Source: Octopus sinensis
Taxonomy: Eukaryota
DNA length: 64,000 bases
Direction: 5' to 3'
Assembly (NCBI RefSeq): GCF_006345805.1
Contig: NC_043000.1
Span: forward strand, 37,944,001-38,008,000
Both the position numbers and the translations under genes were made by a program. The stretch's first letter is position 1; each line of letters begins with the position of its first letter. Positions 25,865 to 39,035 of this stretch are shown here, one piece after another. The notes under the pieces were generated by a model. The model made no database searches and was not told the origin of the DNA. It worked only from the letters and a program-made list of their open reading frames with translations.

Positions 25865-26355
25865 ATTATATAGAAAATAGTACAAAGGGAAAAAAACTAT
25901 AGAAGGCTTGTTTTAAAAGATAAAAAATATATATTTGAGTCATTATGTCAGAAGAATGTTATAAATTATTTTCATACAGTGACATAGTTTTTGAAGAAAT
26001 TACCGGTTTCGTGTTTAACTTTTCAAATTTTCAGAGTTCCAGGTAAGGGGAGATATGACAGATGGTTATGTGCAGACCCTTCAGAAGTTCCAAGCGTTAT
26101 GCATACAAAATCTTCTGCAACTCCCGTGGTTTTTTACCTCCCCATACCTGGAACTCTTCTTTACACTTCTTAACGAAATCATAACGATGTTTTGAGAAAT
26201 TTGAAAAGTTAAACACGAAACCGGTAATTTCTTCAAAACTATGTCACTGTATGAAAATAATTATAACATTCTTCTGACATAATGACTCAAATATATTTTT
26301 TAAACCTTTTAAAACAAGCCTTCTGTAGTTTTTGCACTTTTACTATTTTCTATAT
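25865..26355. repeat. Nested fold-back between (TA)n tracts
   Basis: Outer arms ~25865-26030 / 26198-26355; inner 20-bp arms 26033-26052 / 26138-26157. Confidence 0.9.
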
Positions 26356-26390
26356 ATTCAACCACGTGCTTTCACACACCAACTTTCTCA

Positions 26391-26441
<51 letters not shown>

Positions 26442-26446
26442 TATAT

Positions 26447-27030
26447 ATATGGCTGACCACATAGTGGTTTTTACCCTTTAAATATACACATGTATTAGAA
26501 TTTTCTCTGATTTTCAGATTTTTGTATGCTAGGCTACTGGTTTTAAATTGATATTAATTAAATTAATATTCAATTTATCTCCCTCATTATTTAAATGTTA
26601 AAATAAATATGTTCTCTAATAGGCAGCATTAACAGCAGTAAATTATTTACTGTAGATTTTGTTTCCGGAATTTAGCGCACCAGAACTCAGACATTTGAAA
26701 TTAACCCCAATGTGATCGGTGGAACTGTGATCTGTTTTTATACAGAAAACTGGTGGCTAGTTTTACAAATTATATTGCTTGTGGAACGATCGTACTGACG
26801 AGTCATACGGACGAAGGATTACGTAAGTGATTTATTCGTTAATAGGCGAAATCGCCGGTCTGCGATTAATTGTTGTTTTTTTTTATATATACGTTTCATG
26901 TCTTGCCCGCATATTGTTCTGGTGTCCGCTGAATTTTTCTCTAGAGAACATTCTTTTCTTAGTAGTTTGATCGTAATTGATCTACTTCTAGCATATGGCT
27001 GACCACATAGTGGTTTTTAGCCCTTTAAAT

Positions 27031-27031
<1 letters not shown>
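26447..27031 (+). mobile_element. HHR-bearing non-coding repeat, copy 2, with 38-bp terminal direct repeat
   Basis: atatggctgaccacatagtggttttta(g)ccctttaaata at 26447-26484 and 26993-27031. Confidence 0.85.
26789..26866 (+). ncRNA. Type I hammerhead ribozyme
   Basis: Helix I ATCGTA/TGCGAT; core CTGACGA 26795-26801; helix II GTC/GGC extended by gacgaa/ttcgtt and ggattac/gtgattt closed by a GTAA (GNRA) loop; GAAA 26848-26851; helix III ATC-GCC-GGT; triplet GTC 26858-26860. Confidence 0.88.
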
Positions 27032-27049
<18 letters not shown>

Positions 27050-27067
<18 letters not shown>

Positions 27068-27279
27068 ACAAAAGATGTGTGTGTGGGACGTATGCATTTC
27101 TACGGTTTTCAACCGATTGTCACCAAACTTTGCGTACTCATTAATTATGTGCCAAGAATGGTCATGCTCTATAACATTTTGCCCAAAGCCTCCGCAAAAA
27201 CCACGGGAGTTGCAGAAGATTTTGTATGCATAACGCTTGGAACTTCTGAAGGGTCTGCACATAACCATCTGTCATATCT
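27050..27279 (+). mobile_element. 5' portion of a non-autonomous Helitron-like element
   Basis: (TA)n-aacaaaagatgtgtgtgtg..aaccgattgtcaccaaacttt pattern resembles the other Helitron 5' regions in the window. Confidence 0.5.
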
Positions 27280-27284
27280 TATGT

Positions 27285-27780
27285 TAACTTTTTGATCTGA
27301 AGTAGTGATTTTCTTTTGCTTTTTCTGACAAAGTGCCTTTTCCTTATCATATAAGACTTATTATATTTGATGTCTTCGTGGACAACGTTTCTGACTGTTC
27401 CTTCTGACACATAGAGATATTTTGCCTTGACCTCATGGTATTTCTGGGATTGTAATAAATGGTCTGTTGAACTTGCTGGATAAATTTACGTATTCTGATG
27501 ATTTCAGAGTGTTTAGAATGCTTTTAGGCTTTGATACTGGTGACACATTTTCATCTTCAGTTTCTAGCTCCTTAAACACTTTGTAGTAACTTTTAAAATT
27601 CAAGATATTTCTAAATCCCTATGCTCTGTTTTTATAACCACAATAACAGCATGCCTCTTCATTTCTTGAGTAAGCTGAAGGTCTGCCATTATTATTCTCT
27701 GAAACAAAGTTTATACAGTATTAGCAAAAATTCAGCAATGATCTAAAAAAGTTACGTCCTCAAATACGTACCCTGTATAT
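27285..27780 (-). pseudogene. maT/DD37D-like Tc1/mariner transposase relic (5' part)
   Basis: From ATG 27689: MADLQLTQEMKRHAVIVVIK..LEIS..VSEGTVRNVVHEDIKYNKSY.. Confidence 0.75.
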
Positions 27781-29535
27781 ATACGTATGCACATTCACAC
27801 TTTATGGAGCAAATGTCATTCACTGTTGTTGAGCCAGCTACTCAGTGGACATGAATGTTTCTTCATAATTTCGGGAAGAGTAAAACATCTCTGGAGAACT
27901 GATGAGAAGCCTAACAACTCTTACATTCGAACTATAGATTATTGTTTACGTCTATTATTGTAGGTGCATTGGGTTGCGTAGTAACAGAATTGCACAAAAG
28001 CCTAGAAATGCTGAAGTTCTGAAAAAAGAGAACGAATCAGACATATTTGTATTCTTGAATTACTATCGATTAGCGACAAAGTGAAAATTCGCAAAATATT
28101 TCCCGATTTCTCCATTTGAATTCCCTGGGTAGACATACGCTGAGAATCACATCGACACACGGAATACGCATGAACAGACACATACACTCTTATGTTCTAT
28201 TGAAACTTGCACAACCATGAGTGTAAGTTTACTCACACGCTCTCACATACACACAACATGCAGACATATATTCGTGTTATCAATACCGTTATTTGCAGTC
28301 AATCATCGTGACTTCACGTTCATGACTTGGCATCATTTGATAAGCTTTCTCCACACACATCGCTTTTTACCTAAAATTTGCCATTTATTATTTATACATA
28401 CATGAAAACAGTCACGATAAAGACAAACTCATAGATCTGTTCTTGACTTTAATATAAAAAAAAAAGCCTGGCTGTGAGCGGCGAGTTTGAATTCTGCCAT
28501 GACGAAAAAACGGGAACTAAATCTCAAAGAAACGTGCATAGGTAGTTACATAAGTGTATACTGATACAATATGTAATACTATCGGAAAACCAAAAGACTG
28601 TTCTGGGATAAACATAGAGAATCTTCAATTCAGATACATATATAAAGAACAACACAGAACATTAATGGAATTTTCTCATCAAAATTACGACAAAGTGCAA
28701 ATATTACCGGTCGGATATTTTAGGGGACAAAAAAAGAAACCAAAAAAAAAACCCCAACAAAAACAAGAAAACTATGAGGTCAGTTTCACTGCATGTGTGA
28801 ATATCTCTCGGAAAAAATCAAAAGAGAAAGAGGAGAACTATATACGTCCTGTAAGCGGAAGAGTAAAAATATTGAATTCTTTTCTCAAGTTCAAAATGTG
28901 AATGTGTTTTTATTACCTACATTCCAACGATGGAGCTGTGTGTATTTGTTAGGAGCGAGTTCCTTTCTTATAGCATCGCTTCAAATAACTACAAACAGAA
29001 CAGAAAATACACAAGGATGTAGTTTGAGCTGTCCTACGTTGCTGAATAAAGCAAGGAATTAAGCAACCAATGACCTGCTTTCTTGTTTGTGAGTTTAAAG
29101 AGAAATGACTGTGGGACAGACTTATGTTATGACATGTATGCGCTCACAAAAAGCTCGTGTATACTCGTGGGAGAAAAGGAGACACTTACAATAAAAAGGA
29201 GCTTCCAGACGAAAAGAAAATAATTCTTTTATTACTTTGTTCACAGCGAAGTAAAACATCCCAGTTCAGTTTTAAATCCGAAGCGGATTTTTTCACCTTT
29301 TCGCAATAAACGTCCAAAATTATTGTGCAGGCATATGTATGAAAGTTTGTAAGTATGCACGTGTAAATGAATACATACATACATACATACATACATACAT
29401 ACATACATACATACAAACATACATACATACATACATACATACATACATACATACATACATGCATGCATGCATGCATACATACATACATACATACATACAT
29501 ACATACATACATACATACATACATACAAACAGACA

Positions 29536-29570
<35 letters not shown>

Positions 29571-29576
29571 TGTATA

Positions 29577-29634
<58 letters not shown>

Positions 29635-29799
29635 TAAAGGTCACGATACGTGTATTAAAGCGTTACTAATAGTTTCATGTGTTGAGTGAACTCAAACACA
29701 TTGTTCAGGCGCAAACCACATAGCACGTATTGTGAGTTTTAAACAATAATATTTATTTCTCATCAGATGGAGTACTTTTTTATGTTGGAGAACTTTTTT

Positions 29800-30078
29800 G
29801 TGTGGTTTAGTGGTTAGGGTTTTGCTCTGATGATAGCGAGATCGTGGTTTCAAACCCTAAACCGGATGGTGTGTTGTGTGTTCTTGAACAAAATACTGCG
29901 TCTCACGTTGCTATACAATCACATCGACACCTGATGCGCGGCACACCGTGGCACTTATTTAGACAGCGTCGATTTGATGGAGAGGAGTGAGCTGATGTGT
30001 GGCACGAACATTTAGTCACTGTAAACAAATCATTTGTTCAGATCGTTCGGCAAAACGGCTGAACGCTCAGACGTCATT
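29800..30078 (+). mobile_element. tRNA-headed SINE, family D
   Basis: tggtttagtggttaggg A box, ggtttcaaacc B box, and gtgttcttgaacaaaatact core. Confidence 0.7.
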
Positions 30079-30099
30079 TACGTATACACTTTTACTCTT

Positions 30100-30297
30100 T
30101 TACTTGTTTCAGGCATTTGACTGTGGCCATGCTGGAGCACCGCCTTTAGTCTAGCAAATTGACCCCAGGACTTATTCTTTGTAAACCTTGTACTTATTCT
30201 ATCGGTCTCTTTTGCCGAACCACTAGTGTTACGGGGACGTAAACACACCGGGGGAAACAAACACAGACACACAAACAGATACACACACATACAAACA

Positions 30298-30331
<34 letters not shown>

Positions 30332-30356
30332 CATACATACATACACACACACACAC

Positions 30357-30403
<47 letters not shown>

Positions 30404-30565
30404 ACGGGGTTCTTTCAGTTTCCATCTACCAAATCCACTCACAAGGCTTTGGTGGGCCCGAGGCTATAGTAGAAGACACTTGCCCAAGGTGCTACGCAGT
30501 GGGACTGAACCCGGAACCATGTGGTCGGTAAGTAAGCTGCTTACCACACAGCCACTCCTGCGCCT
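30100..30565 (-). mobile_element. SINE family A, near full length
   Basis: Homologous to other family A copies. Confidence 0.9.
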
Positions 30566-30629
30566 AATATATTCACATGCACACGCACACACAAACAAAC
30601 ACACTCACGCACACGCACACACACACGCA

Positions 30630-30689
<60 letters not shown>

Positions 30690-30846
30690 AATATACACTA
30701 TTGGTGAACATAGAGAATAATAAAGAGAAACAACTGGTTTCACTCGCAGATATCTACGCACTGACTCCAGTAACATAGGAACATATATAGTTAAACATAT
30801 ACACACATATACACAAATACGCAAACCTACAATATCTATCTACACA

Positions 30847-30885
<39 letters not shown>

Positions 30886-32128
30886 TATACATATCAATAT
30901 CTACCTAGAGACACACTTGTACACGCTTAGAGTTACATCGTTGAAGCAAAATTTATTAGTCACAAGATAAACCGACACCGTCTCATAAATACCTGTTTTG
31001 TTTGTTGTTGTTGTTGTTGTTGTTGTTGTTGCTATTGTTGATTTTGTTGTTGTTGCTGTAACTGTTGACGTTCCTGTTGCCCGTGCTATTGATTTTGCTG
31101 TTGTTGCTGTTGTTCTAGTAGTTGTTGTTTAGTTCCAAATGACCACTCCACCGACCATGCACAATGTTTCCGGTAAATTTAGCGTCACATTACATAATCT
31201 GTCCTTTCAGAATTAAGACAATAAGGGTACAGTCTAATGGGAATTTGGCTATGATTTCTTGCAAGATGAACAACCACATAAAGGTTCTCTCCTCGGTTCA
31301 TTTCTACGTCTGTAAATCTACATTAGCGTTTTTATTAAGCTCTTGCAATCCTCGAATTCATCCGCCTGATCGCTGCCGATGTTTATTGTAATCAACTTCG
31401 ATATTGATCGCGCCATCTGCCTGGGGAAGCATCAGTGGCGAGAGTAGATCCAGCAGCTCCGTAAACGAGAGCCTACTGTTATATCTCAATGAGTTACGAG
31501 CAGAATGGAAGGTCAGAGGTCCTTCATAGCTAAGCGGAGATATAATATCCAAGAACCAATACGAAGAACCGATATAAAAACAGGACGGAATAGTTCTTGT
31601 CGTTTGTGATAACTAACTGCTCGTTGGCAACTGTAGATCACAGCTGAAATTGGCTTCTTGTGTCATGTTGAAACAATAAACATTCCAAAACAGCAGGAAA
31701 GGTCAGCGCGGTGCAAACATTTCTCCATTTTAGCACTTTCCCCACATTCTTTGTCTTAATACCTTTGTTAATGGAAATCTATTAAGTGGAATTTCAACCA
31801 TAAATTGATCTCCCTAGTAAGAAATCACGACAAATATGAAACACGAGAGCGCATGCCTGTTGTTTTAAATCATAAACAAGCCTCTCCATGATTCCAGATA
31901 TCTGGCTTCAATATTTCTCTCGTCAATATCTTATTTGACCTCCTTCCAGGCCCTGCTCCTTCGGAAGAATATTTCGTTCCCTCTTCCACCTTTCAAACTC
32001 GTTCTATATTTAATGTATCCAACAAATTCTCGCTTAAATTTCTGCTTTTCATCAGTTCTAGAATTATTTTATTTTGATAAACTAAAGATCACGCTATACT
32101 TCAACCAAACAATTATTTCTTAAACGCA

Positions 32129-32192
<64 letters not shown>

Positions 32193-32264
32193 GTATGCAT
32201 GTAAGCATGTATGTGTGTGTGTGTATATATATATACTTCTATACATACATACATATATGTATAT

Positions 32265-32309
<45 letters not shown>

Positions 32310-32310
<1 letters not shown>

Positions 32311-32694
32311 TAGCAGTATCGCCCGGCGTTGCTCAGGTTTGTAAGGGAAATAACTATAAAGCATTTTTAGAGAGTTATAGCCAAAAAATAGCCAAAAAAT
32401 GGAAAAAAAAAATGATGGTAAATTTTTTTTGAGAGTTAAAAAGGTGGAGTTGCGTCCCCTAGACGGTCTGTGGTTTGGGTTTCTGATTCTCGACCCCATG
32501 TCGAATTTATCGATTTTTTTCAGAACTGGGGGAACTTTTCAAAATTTTCGCTGCGTTAGTTTTGAATTATGACTTGGCTATGTGTGTGTCAAGTTTCATC
32601 AGAAATCGGTGTGAAAGCCGTGGTCAGAGTGAGGGTACGAGAAAACAGACACACAGAAAACGCACAGACAAACTGCCGTTTATATAGAGAGAGA
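32310..32694 (-). mobile_element. Non-autonomous Helitron, complete (~385 bp)
   Basis: A|TC...hairpin-CTAG|T termini; near-identical reverse complement of 43325-43706. Confidence 0.9.
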
Positions 32695-33106
32695 TACGGA
32701 ATATATATATATTATATATTTATTTTTTATTTCATCTAGTTTCAGCTCACATCTGTTTCCGTGCTGGGGCAGCGCCATTATTAAAAATACATATATATAT
32801 ATACATACATATATATATATGTATGTATGTATATATAAGAATTTTTTGCGTAATGAGATAAAAAAACCCCAAAGCTGTGTAGATATTAGAACATTTATAG
32901 ATATCTATAAATGCTCTAATATCTACACAGCCCTGATTTTATTTGACATGACGTAAAAAATTCTTATATACACACGCTGACATAGAACCAACGTTAAACC
33001 CTTTATTCGCAATATTAACGAATCTGGAACTTAACTATGGTCTGTTTGTTTAAAGCACTAATTCAGCATTACCTGACACCTTTGGGTTTCAATGACACCA
33101 GTATAT

Positions 33107-33137
<31 letters not shown>

Positions 33138-33187
33138 GATGTATATGTATATGTACATCATACTTATACATATACACATATACACAA

Positions 33188-33215
<28 letters not shown>

Positions 33216-33218
<3 letters not shown>

Positions 33219-33547
33219 ATCAAAATAAGCAACAAGAATAACTTTGATAATTTGGTACGATCGTTTCGCACTACATCATTTTATTAAATGTTGTAAGCAT
33301 TACAACAGTTTTAAAATGCTGGGCACTCATTAGCCATTAATAGAGGTTTTTTATTAATACATAATTTTCATATGAAAATTATGTATTGATATGAAAATTA
33401 TGTATTAACGGAAAACCTCTATTAATGGCTGATGAGTGCTCAGCATTTTAAAACTGTTGTAATGCTTACAACATTTAATAAAATGATGTTGTCCGAAACG
33501 ATCGTACCAAATTACCAAAGTTATTCTTGTTGCTTATTTTGATTATA
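33216..33547. repeat. Fold-back with ~160-bp arms, each carrying a hammerhead motif
   Basis: Arms are reverse complements with a few mismatches; (TA)n on the left. Confidence 0.9.
33423..33514 (+). ncRNA. Type I hammerhead ribozyme (core intact, helix II base imperfect)
   Basis: Helix I taatgg/cca(aa)tta; CTGATGA 33429-33435; long helix II extension (catttta/taaaatg, tgttgtaa/ttacaaca); GAAA 33495-33498; palindromic helix III ACGATCGT; triplet GTA 33504-33506. Confidence 0.75.
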
Positions 33548-34025
33548 ACCACCCCATGGATTTATTGGAACAACACCATTCAAAATTCTGGTGCATCTAA
33601 CTTAAGTACCATATTCATTTGAATCTAAATTTTGCTGAACTTATGTAGTATATATATATATATATATATATATAGTATTATTAAGATAAAAAGACGCAAA
33701 GGATATTTCATGAAAGAACGGCTAAAGGATTTTGCGGTACATATGTCGGGCTTTATTGAACAAGTTATTCTTATATCAATGCATAATTGATATAGCATAT
33801 AGATGAAAAGCCTTCTTCAGCCGCGTACAATTACCACACCAAAGACATGTATCACATTATAACAGGTTTGAGAAAGAGTTTGAGAAATATATGCATTGAT
33901 ATAAGAATAAGTTGTTCAATAAAGGCCGATACATATGTACCGTAAAATCCTTTGTGTCCTGTTTTTCTTTTGATACATATATCCTATCCTATACCTGCTT
34001 ACATTTACAAGTATTCACCTGAATT

Positions 34026-34098
<73 letters not shown>

Positions 34099-34233
34099 AT
34101 ATATATAATATATATATATAGTATATATATATCAGTTCTAGTCCTGTAGAAGCTCCTTCTATAAAATAAATTAATTTACTCTGCTATGTATGAGTACCTT
34201 ATTGACTGTGGTTAACCCCGACTCACCCCGGGA

Positions 34234-34264
<31 letters not shown>

Positions 34265-34266
<2 letters not shown>

Positions 34267-34430
34267 GACGGGGCTTCTTTTCAGTTTCCGTCTACCACAC
34301 AAAACTCACAACGCTTTGGTCGGCCCGAGGCTATAGTAGGAGACATTTACTCAAGGTGCTACGTAGTGGAATGAACCCGGAACCATGTTTTGGGAAGCAA
34401 GTTACTTCTCACACAGCCACTACTGCGTCT
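34265..34430 (-). mobile_element. SINE family A, 5' half
   Basis: Homologous to other family A copies. Confidence 0.8.
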
Positions 34431-34551
34431 ATATAATATATTCTACCAAGGTCAACTTTGCTTTTCATCCTTTCGAGGTCAACAACTTAAGTACCAGTTG
34501 CGTATTAGGGTGAAATCTAATCGACGGGGATTTCTCCCCAAAATGTTATCT

Positions 34552-34590
<39 letters not shown>

Positions 34591-34686
34591 CTATCTATCT
34601 ATTATCTATGGGTGTGGGTCAACAAACTACCAACGGTTTCACATGCAGGTAGAATGCACTTAATGCGCGCGCGTGTGTGTATAGTG

Positions 34687-34757
<71 letters not shown>

Positions 34758-34779
34758 TATAGATATATATTTATTTACA

Positions 34780-35185
34780 CTTTTTGTTTCAGTCATTTGA
34801 CTGCGGTCATTCTGGAGCACACCTTTAGTCGAGCAAATCGACACCAGGACTTATTCGTTGTAAGCCTAGTACTTATTCTATCGGTCTCTTTTGCCGAACC
34901 GGTAAAGTTACGGGGACGTAAACACCACCCATCGTTGTCAAGCGAGTTTAGGGGGACAAACACAAATACAATACAACACATACATATATTATATATATAT
35001 ATATAACGACGGGCTTCTTTATATTTCCGCCTCCCAATCCATCACAAGGCTTTGGGTCGGGCCAAGCCCCCTATAGTAAGAAGACAACCATCCCCCATGA
35101 TGCTAACGGAGTGGACTGAACCCGGAACCATGTAGTTGGTAAGCAAGCTAACTCGCCACAAAACCCAACCTGTTTCTGCGCCTAT
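34780..35185 (-). mobile_element. SINE family A
   Basis: Homologous to other family A copies. Confidence 0.85.
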
Positions 35186-35196
35186 ATATATATACA

Positions 35197-35253
<57 letters not shown>

Positions 35254-35499
35254 ATATATGAAGAGAGATACATAGATTAGATAGATGGGTAGATAAATAC
35301 AGACATTATGTGTATAAGATACGAGGTACAAGAGAAATTTTTTTAAAGAACCAGATGCAATGACACGCGCTCGTGTGTGCGTGTGTGTGTGTCTATATAT
35401 ACATATATATATTTTGACAGTAAGCTTCTGATGATTTCATTTGAATGAAACAGTTCTTAGTCCTGTAGAGCTCCTTCTATAAAAAAATATATATATATC

Positions 35500-35616
<117 letters not shown>

Positions 35617-35935
35617 TGCGGTATGTATATGACAGATAGATATATAGCTGATTAAACGAATAAACATCGAAGAGTTTTGCAAATAACTGCAATCTCTGCA
35701 GTTATGTTCTGCTTGGTTAATCATGAACAGCTGAACAAATGAAAACTGAAAAATAATTAAATAGAAAGACAGAGACGCGCAGAGAGCAACGAACTTAAAT
35801 ACGATTTCCATTGCATGCAGACATACGTATATCTAGATGCTAGTGTGCACATACCTATGTACGCATACGCATCTACAGACTTACATAAACATAAATGTAC
35901 AAATATACATATATAATTAATACATATATCATGAC

Positions 35936-35980
<45 letters not shown>

Positions 35981-36454
35981 GTATAAGAATGTATCTATTC
36001 GTGTATGCGAGTATGTATGTATGTATCTATCTGTTTATCTATCTATCAATCTATCTATGTGTATATATATATATATTTATATATACATATACATATATAT
36101 ACATACATACATACATACATATATATATACTCATTTATGCGTGTGCATATACATGAATTCATACATACATCATATATATATATATAAGTATGTATATATA
36201 TATGATGTATATATATATACGTACATACAGACACAATCATGCACGTACACACGCGCACACACACACACAGATGTATTATATGCTTGTTTTATATACATGT
36301 ATATACATAAAATGCGATTATAAAATTTCCTATCATAAGTAATATGCGTTCTTTCTGACGTGCAAATAATTATGATTATCTATATATATATATATATTAT
36401 ATATATATATATATTTAATATATATATATATATATACATATATATATACATATA

Positions 36455-36505
<51 letters not shown>

Positions 36506-37292
36506 ATATATATATATATATATACGCTATACATACACTGTCCTACACACAATGCACACCACACTCACACCGCACACACATAAATATACTTGCGCAGGTG
36601 CGCTTTGCTTGTGTTCATATAGTAATGTATGCATATGCAGCTTATATATCCTTCTATCGATATGCACAGCAGATCTCTGCGTCTGTGTGTCCTGGTGCAT
36701 ATGCTTGTATCCGAATGTTTGAACATCGGTGTGTGTGTGTATGTGTGTGTGTGTTTCTGCATGTCCACTAATGTGCGCTGCTGTATTCGTATCATTTACG
36801 TGTAATTGATGAATATGTAAACACGGACAGCGTTTTGCTTGAGCCAGCGTCGAATCTATGGGAGCCTGAAGGCATTATATTCACAACCGGCCCTCGCCAG
36901 CCGTGATCACTGCTGCTCTCGAAACAATGTTAAAAGTAGGCTTGTATTCATATTTACCTACTTAGCTCTCGGTGCAAACATGATGTATGTTTGTGGTAAA
37001 CACACCCTAAGACACACACGCGCGTATGCGTACATATATGCTTGTATATATATATATATATATACAGATGTACATACCAGTAAGTGTGTGCGTATGTACA
37101 TATGTGGCTGTGTGTGTATGTGTGTATGGATGTGGCTGTGACTGCCTAAGTATGTGTATCTATATGTCTACCCTCTCCCTCGCTCTCTGTCTCTCTGTCT
37201 CTTTCCTACTCCCTTCTCTATCTGTATATGTATGTATGTATTCGCATTGATAAGGTCATACATGTGTGACTATGCCTATATATATAAATTAT

Positions 37293-37363
<71 letters not shown>

Positions 37364-37410
37364 TATATAAGTATTTATGCAAACTCACGCGCAACACGCA
37401 AACACCACGC

Positions 37411-37447
<37 letters not shown>

Positions 37448-37591
37448 ATATATGTACATACATAATGACACATATGTACATATATACGTTAATCTGTATA
37501 TATATATATATGTATGCGTATATGCTCATATGTATACGTTTACATACGTTTACATACATATATGTGTGTATGTTTCTTGATATAAACACAT

Positions 37592-37637
<46 letters not shown>

Positions 37638-37787
37638 TGCGTTTATATATACACACATACATACATACATATATACATACACATGTATACGTGTAATGTT
37701 TATATTCCTGCATGCATATTTCGCATACAAACAAGACATTCACACATGCTCTGATACACACAGCCACACACACTTCCACACTCACAC

Positions 37788-37830
<43 letters not shown>

Positions 37831-38576
37831 ATAGAATTAAGAAAACGGCAGATGATGGCTATAAGTCATGCTGTGCATAAGTAAAACGGACAGTAATTCG
37901 CCGTATTTGCCGTATGTGGCATGAACCGACGTCAAAGATGGTGGTCAGTAAAAACTGCATATTACTGGCAGACACTCTAACTTTTCACGCCTCGTTCCCG
38001 AACTTTCTTCATGATAAATCCATCCTAGAAAATCTACTGACCGCTGGTCATAAAATACAATCAAAAGAAAGCAACTTTTAGTGAAGAAATAAATAAATAA
38101 ATGAATATGTAAATGAATATGCGCTTGACTTAAAATGTTTTTCCTCCATTCTATCATCTTCCAGCGACGTACAATTGAATTATGTTGTACCAGCTTCGCC
38201 AGCAACAAACCTCTCTCCACCGCGAACCCGCAACCCCCTTTTACCCACTTCTTCTTCTTCTTCTTCGATGTTGTTGTTGTTGTTGTTCTTCTTCTTCTCC
38301 TTCTTCTTCTTCTTCTTCTTCTTCTTCTTCTTCTTCTTCTTTTTCTTCTTCTTCGTCATCTTCTCTTCCAACGAATTAGCTGGATGCGAGTAAGCGAATC
38401 CGCTTCTCTCTCACCCCCCACGTCACCTCTAGATTATCTACTAAAACGATTTGGGACGAGAATTTTATTACAAAAATGCCTAGATATCGTTGGAGTCGGA
38501 ATATTGATGAGCGTCATCCATCTATACAGGATTATCGCTGTTGTTGTTGTTGTTGTTATTATTATTATTATTATTA

Positions 38577-38610
<34 letters not shown>

Positions 38611-38769
38611 GTTATTATCAATAGCAGTAGAAATAGCAGCAGTAGTATATACAATAGCAACCATAATGATGATACTCATATTAGTTCAAATTATGATGAT
38701 ACACTAATAATCCTTTCTGTTACAGGAACAAAGATTAAACATTTTGGGGGGTTGGGGGAGGGGCTAGTT

Positions 38770-38930
38770 GATTAATTTGACCCCAGGACTCAACTGGTAC
38801 TTATTTTAATGACCCCGAAAGGATGAGAGACAAAGTAACCTTGACGGAAATTGAGCTCAAAATATAAAGACAGACGAAATGCTGCAACGCATTCTACCCG
38901 GCGTGCTAACGTCTCTGCCAGGTCACCACT
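38770..38930 (-). mobile_element. SINE family B
   Basis: Homologous to other family B copies. Confidence 0.75.
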
Positions 38931-38967
38931 TTGATGATGATGATGATGATCACGATGATCAATCATG

Positions 38968-39034
<67 letters not shown>

Positions 39035-39035
39035 C

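Noticed and set aside
27896-27942. CTGATGA-GAA..TTC-GAAC-TATA-GA motif
   Set aside because: GAAA and NUH are both broken and helix I is only 2 bp; possible dead HHR but not supportable.
29184-29335. Possible minus-strand non-coding exon ending in a gtaagt donor at ~29189
   Set aside because: A single consensus donor without acceptor or promoter evidence.
35421-35460. CTGATGA..GAAACAGTT motif
   Set aside because: Helix I cannot form next to the core and the helix II closing pair is U-U; at best a decayed remnant.
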